The notes below the pieces were generated by a model. That model was given only the letters and a program-made list of their open reading frames with translations, was not told the DNA's origin and searched no databases. Positions 7,817-11,155 of a stretch of 11,155 nt of DNA are shown one piece after another. A program made the position numbers and the translations under genes. The stretch lies in the NCBI RefSeq assembly GCF_006345805.1, contig NW_021827359.1:1-11155 (forward strand). The letters are read 5' to 3'. The stretch is from Octopus sinensis (lineage: Eukaryota). Numbering within the stretch: position 1 is the first letter of the stretch; the number at the start of each line of letters is the position of its first letter.

Positions 7817-7961
7817 TGAGTTCAAATTCCGCCGAGGTCGAATTTGCCTTTCATCCTTTCGGGTTCGATAAATTAAGTACCAGTTGCGTACTGGGGGGCG
7901 ATCTAATCGACTGGCCCTCTTCCCAAAAATTTCGGGCCTTGTGCCCAGAGTAGAAAAGATA
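7817..7961 (+). mobile_element. 5'-truncated Meta-like SINE with a different 3' tail
   Basis: Starts at the B-box (tgagttcaaattcc) and matches the other copies through aatcgact (7912), then continues ggccctcttcccaaaaatttcgggccttgtgcccagagtagaaaagat. Confidence 0.85.
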
Positions 7962-7976
7962 TCTCAAATATCACAG

Positions 7977-8098
7977 GTATGTATGTATGTATGTATGTAT
8001 GTATGTATGTATGTATGTATGTATGTATGTATGTATTGTATGTACGTATGCATGTATGTGTATGTGTGTATCTATGTACGTATATATGTATGTATGTC
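7977..8098. repeat. (GTAT)n microsatellite, degenerating to GT/AT
   Basis: Direct reading. Confidence 0.95.
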
Positions 8099-8209
8099 AT
8101 TGTTCAGTTTTATTTCAAGATTTCTTGCCAAGAGAGAAAGAGCCGGTTTCTAATCTAGATCTAAGGTTCCTTCATTGGAATTTCAACATCAACAACAGGG
8201 CATTTTTGT

Positions 8210-8280
8210 TTGTATGTACGTATATGTGCAGATTTGTGCGCTTTGCTTTACGTACGTACGTATGTATGTATGTATATGTA

Positions 8281-8317
<37 letters not shown>

Positions 8318-8383
8318 ATGTATGTATGTGTGTGTGTATGTATGTATGTATGTATGTATGTATGTATGTATGTATGTATGTAT
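8210..8383. repeat. (TACG)/(GTAT)n/(GT)n compound microsatellite
   Basis: Direct reading. Confidence 0.9.
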
Positions 8384-8583
8384 AAATCACTGTTGATTTT
8401 CTAAGAAATTTAATTCATAAACGTAGAGTATTCTTAAATACATTGCAAGTGAAAAAAGCCATAATTCTTCTACTCCGAGGAACATGTTTCCGATTATTCA
8501 TTCGGGTGCTAATCCAAGCCAGTTTTTCATTCTTTGAAATAGCTGTCGTTTGAATACATTTTGAAATACTGTGCGAAAGTTAT

Positions 8584-8650
8584 GAAGAAGAAGAAGAAAG
8601 AGGAGAAGGAGAAGAGAGAGAGAGACAGACAGAGACAGACAGACAGAGAC
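8584..8650. repeat. (GAA)/(GA)/(GACA) compound microsatellite
   Basis: Direct reading. Confidence 0.85.
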
Positions 8651-9232
8651 TGCCATACTAAGACGTACGTACGTACGAACACATACACAAACGAACGTTG
8701 TTCTTGGTTTTTAAAAGACGATTTGGCTTAGCAAAAGCCTTGCCGTGAGTCTTTTCATTTCTAAACGGGAAAAATTTCAGCATAAATGCACACAGTGCTG
8801 TATGAATAGACGTCGTCGTTTTTCCACAAAACGCAGCCGGATAAAGACGGGTTTTATTCCTCTCTCTCTCCATAACAAAGCTTAATTTATAACGACGAAA
8901 CGACATCTGTTAGACGAGAACAAACAGAGTGTGTGTGTGTGGGGGGGGGGATCTGAAGGAATATTTTAGCCGTCAAAGGTTTTATAAATATGAAAGACTC
9001 CGATTCTGTTTTTGTAGGTAGGTAATAAGCAAATGTACGATGGGATGTAATAAAATGGGGGAAAACCTATGTAAGAAATGTGTTGCAGCGAGGAAAATGC
9101 GATCAAGTTGATATTAATTGGAACGAGTCCGGAAAAGGGAAGGATAAGGGGAGAGGGAGAGGGAAGAGGAGAGACAGACATGGGAGAGGGAGGAAATATT
9201 TCGTGGGATATGCGTTGATCGTGTCTGCATAA

Positions 9233-9727
9233 TACACACACACATAACACACACATACATGCACATAAATATATTTACATATAAGCATGTATATATACGT
9301 ATATGCATACATATCAAATATACATGCATGTATACATGCACACATGCATATATATATATATACACACACATACATACATACATATATACACACATACATA
9401 CATATATATATATACACACATACATACATATATATATACACACATACATACATATATATATACATACATACATACATATATATATACACATACATACACA
9501 TATATATACACACATACATACATATATATATACATACATACATACATACATATATATACACACATACATACATATATATATACATACATACATACATACA
9601 TATATATATACACATACATACACATATATATATATATACACACACATACATACATATATATATATACACACACAAATACATATATATATACACACATACA
9701 TACATATATATATATATATATACACCC

Positions 9728-9775
<48 letters not shown>

Positions 9776-9790
9776 ACACATACATACAGG
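9233..9790. repeat. Long compound (AT)/(AC)/(ATAC) microsatellite with internal duplications
   Basis: Direct reading; 9501-9550 and 9551-9600 are an exact 50-bp tandem pair. Confidence 0.95.
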
Positions 9791-9829
9791 ATGTGTGCGT
9801 CTGTCTGGTTTTTATACATACATACATCA

Positions 9830-9880
9830 CTCGATGAAGACTTACAAAGCATAGATCAAAGACAGGAATTTCTCGAAGAT

Positions 9881-9944
<64 letters not shown>

Positions 9945-10374
9945 AATATCTCATTTTCAAAGATATTCTTATTCTTCAAGATGCAGTCCAAAGCTCTGCA
10001 ACTACCAAAAGACTGCTTAGTGCATAATGACAAAATTGATTCTAATACAAATAGCCAATGCAGATTTCGTAAAAACGTAATACGGAAGACATTAGACCAC
10101 GATGAAGTGAACTGTAAGAGAACGTCATCAAATATTACCTTCCAACAAGATATGGTGGCATCAGCGTAAGAACAACCTGGAGTGCTATAGGAAACGGTAA
10201 AAGATCTCAGAATAGGAATAAAAGAATTGTTTCTTTGAAACCGATGGACCTCAAGAGAGATGGAAGATAAAGAACCTAAAAATATAGTCCTGCAAAATGA
10301 AGTGAAAGCAAACCGAACTGACATTGTTACTTGGGACCGTGAATATGATGCTGTGCTTCCCTGACGTTGGCATT
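9830..10374 (+). mobile_element. Highly decayed, internally deleted R4/Dong-like (restriction-like endonuclease) non-LTR retrotransposon remnant
   Basis: Motifs in shifting frames: [15 protein letters not shown] (9830-9874, like EL..IDRKTRKFL), FKDILILQD (9956-9982, like YKYLGILE), VIRKTLDHDEV, VIKYYLPTRYGGISV (to 10168, like LYLPRK.GGRGL), KANRTDIVTWDRE (10305-10343) and CFPDVGI (to 10374, like NRPDIV..DK...C..IDV.IP). Confidence 0.5.
9882..9940. repeat. (AG)n microsatellite, about 29 units
   Basis: Direct reading. Confidence 0.97.
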
Positions 10375-10489
10375 AGTTGGTCACTTGAGGTCAATATTGT
10401 GAAGAAAAGTGATAGAATAAGATAGTTTATTTATGGAATACACCAACAAATGAATTTTATGGAATGAATTGAATACAAGAATATCTTAC

Positions 10490-10725
10490 GATATATACAT
10501 AGATACGTACGTACATATGTATATACATACTTACATGCATACATATGTGCGTGTGTATGTAATATTGTATACATACATATATATTTATATATACTACACA
10601 TACATTTATATGTACATATATTACCCACACAATCACATACACAACACATACAAACGCGTATGTGTTGGTATGTATGTATACACAAATCGTTAATGTTGTG
10701 ATATAAGTGTGTACATATGCATACA
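10490..10725. repeat. Degenerate (AT)/(AC)/(GT) compound microsatellite
   Basis: Direct reading. Confidence 0.8.
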
Positions 10726-10779
10726 TAATCTTATTCCTGTATGCGAGTGTAAAAATGTGTATTTATGGATGGACTTATG

Positions 10780-10780
<1 letters not shown>

Positions 10781-10829
<49 letters not shown>
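10781..10829. repeat. (AC)n microsatellite, about 24 units
   Basis: Direct reading. Confidence 0.97.
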
Positions 10830-10833
<4 letters not shown>

Positions 10834-11057
10834 GAAAACGTAACCGGTATATTTGCGTCATATAATTTACACGAGTTTCAGAAAGCAGGCCACTTTAGAT
10901 TACATAAGCCAGGAGGTTCTATTAAGAACCTAGCGCAGCCGGCACACCTCGTCAGCATTATTCGCAAACACACACACACGCACATACAGGTGTGTATGTG
11001 AGTTCGGATGCGTGCATGTATGTGTCTGTTTATGTATGCACAAACATATACATATAT

Positions 11058-11118
11058 ATACGACGGGCTTCTTTTAGTTTCTGTCTACCGCATCACTCAC
11101 AAGGCTTGAAGTGGGACT
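11058..11118 (-). mobile_element. Internally deleted fragment of the 1-135 SINE family
   Basis: cactcacaaggctt (11094-11107) equals 7-20 and agtgggact (11110-11118) equals 70-78, with about 47 nt missing between them. Confidence 0.6.
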
Positions 11119-11155
11119 ACATACATACATAATATATATATATAGCGGCGTAGTA

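Noticed and set aside
8100-8200. Segment that looks like a recurrent octopus repeat
   Set aside because: No second copy, TSD or diagnostic structure in the window; recall alone is insufficient.
9001-9023. Plus-strand ttctgtttttgtag|gtaggt acceptor/donor overlap
   Set aside because: Short pyrimidine tract, explainable as a (GTAG) mini-repeat, and on the opposite strand to the other candidate.
7884-9883. MYVC/HTYI ORFs up to 249 aa
   Set aside because: Open frames through (GTAT)/(ATAC) repeats on both strands.
9842-10324. 160-aa minus-strand ORF MSVRFAF...
   Set aside because: No recognisable domain, antisense to the retroelement-like motifs, and its end is a (CT)n translation.
10765-11001. 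78-aa ORF with unique middle ENVTGIFASYNLHEFQKAGH...
   Set aside because: Starts and ends in (CA)n, with no recognisable homology or convincing splice sites.

Overview
Eukaryotic, repeat-dominated intergenic or intronic DNA with no recognisable intact protein-coding gene. The tRNA-derived SINE families and the dense (AT)/(AC)/(GA)/(GTAT)/(GATA) microsatellites look like an Octopus genome; this is inferred from recalled repeat families, not from a search. Almost all ORFs in the track are microsatellite artefacts ([16 protein letters not shown]). Interspersed repeats I can support: seven SINE copies or fragments from about four families, including one nested insertion with a perfect 16-bp target-site duplication and a close inverted pair; a decayed RTE LINE fragment split by a 20-bp minisatellite at its WAGH motif; a Penelope-type terminal repeat with a hammerhead-ribozyme-like motif; a Helentron/DINE-1-like non-autonomous element; a hAT/Buster transposase C-terminal remnant; and a condensed R4/Dong-like retroelement remnant. 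There is also a near-identical ~592-bp tandem duplication. I do not see evidence for a new multi-gene system. The most interesting items are the non-canonical hammerhead-like motif, the minisatellite seeded inside a LINE motif, and the potential dsRNA (ADAR) substrate.
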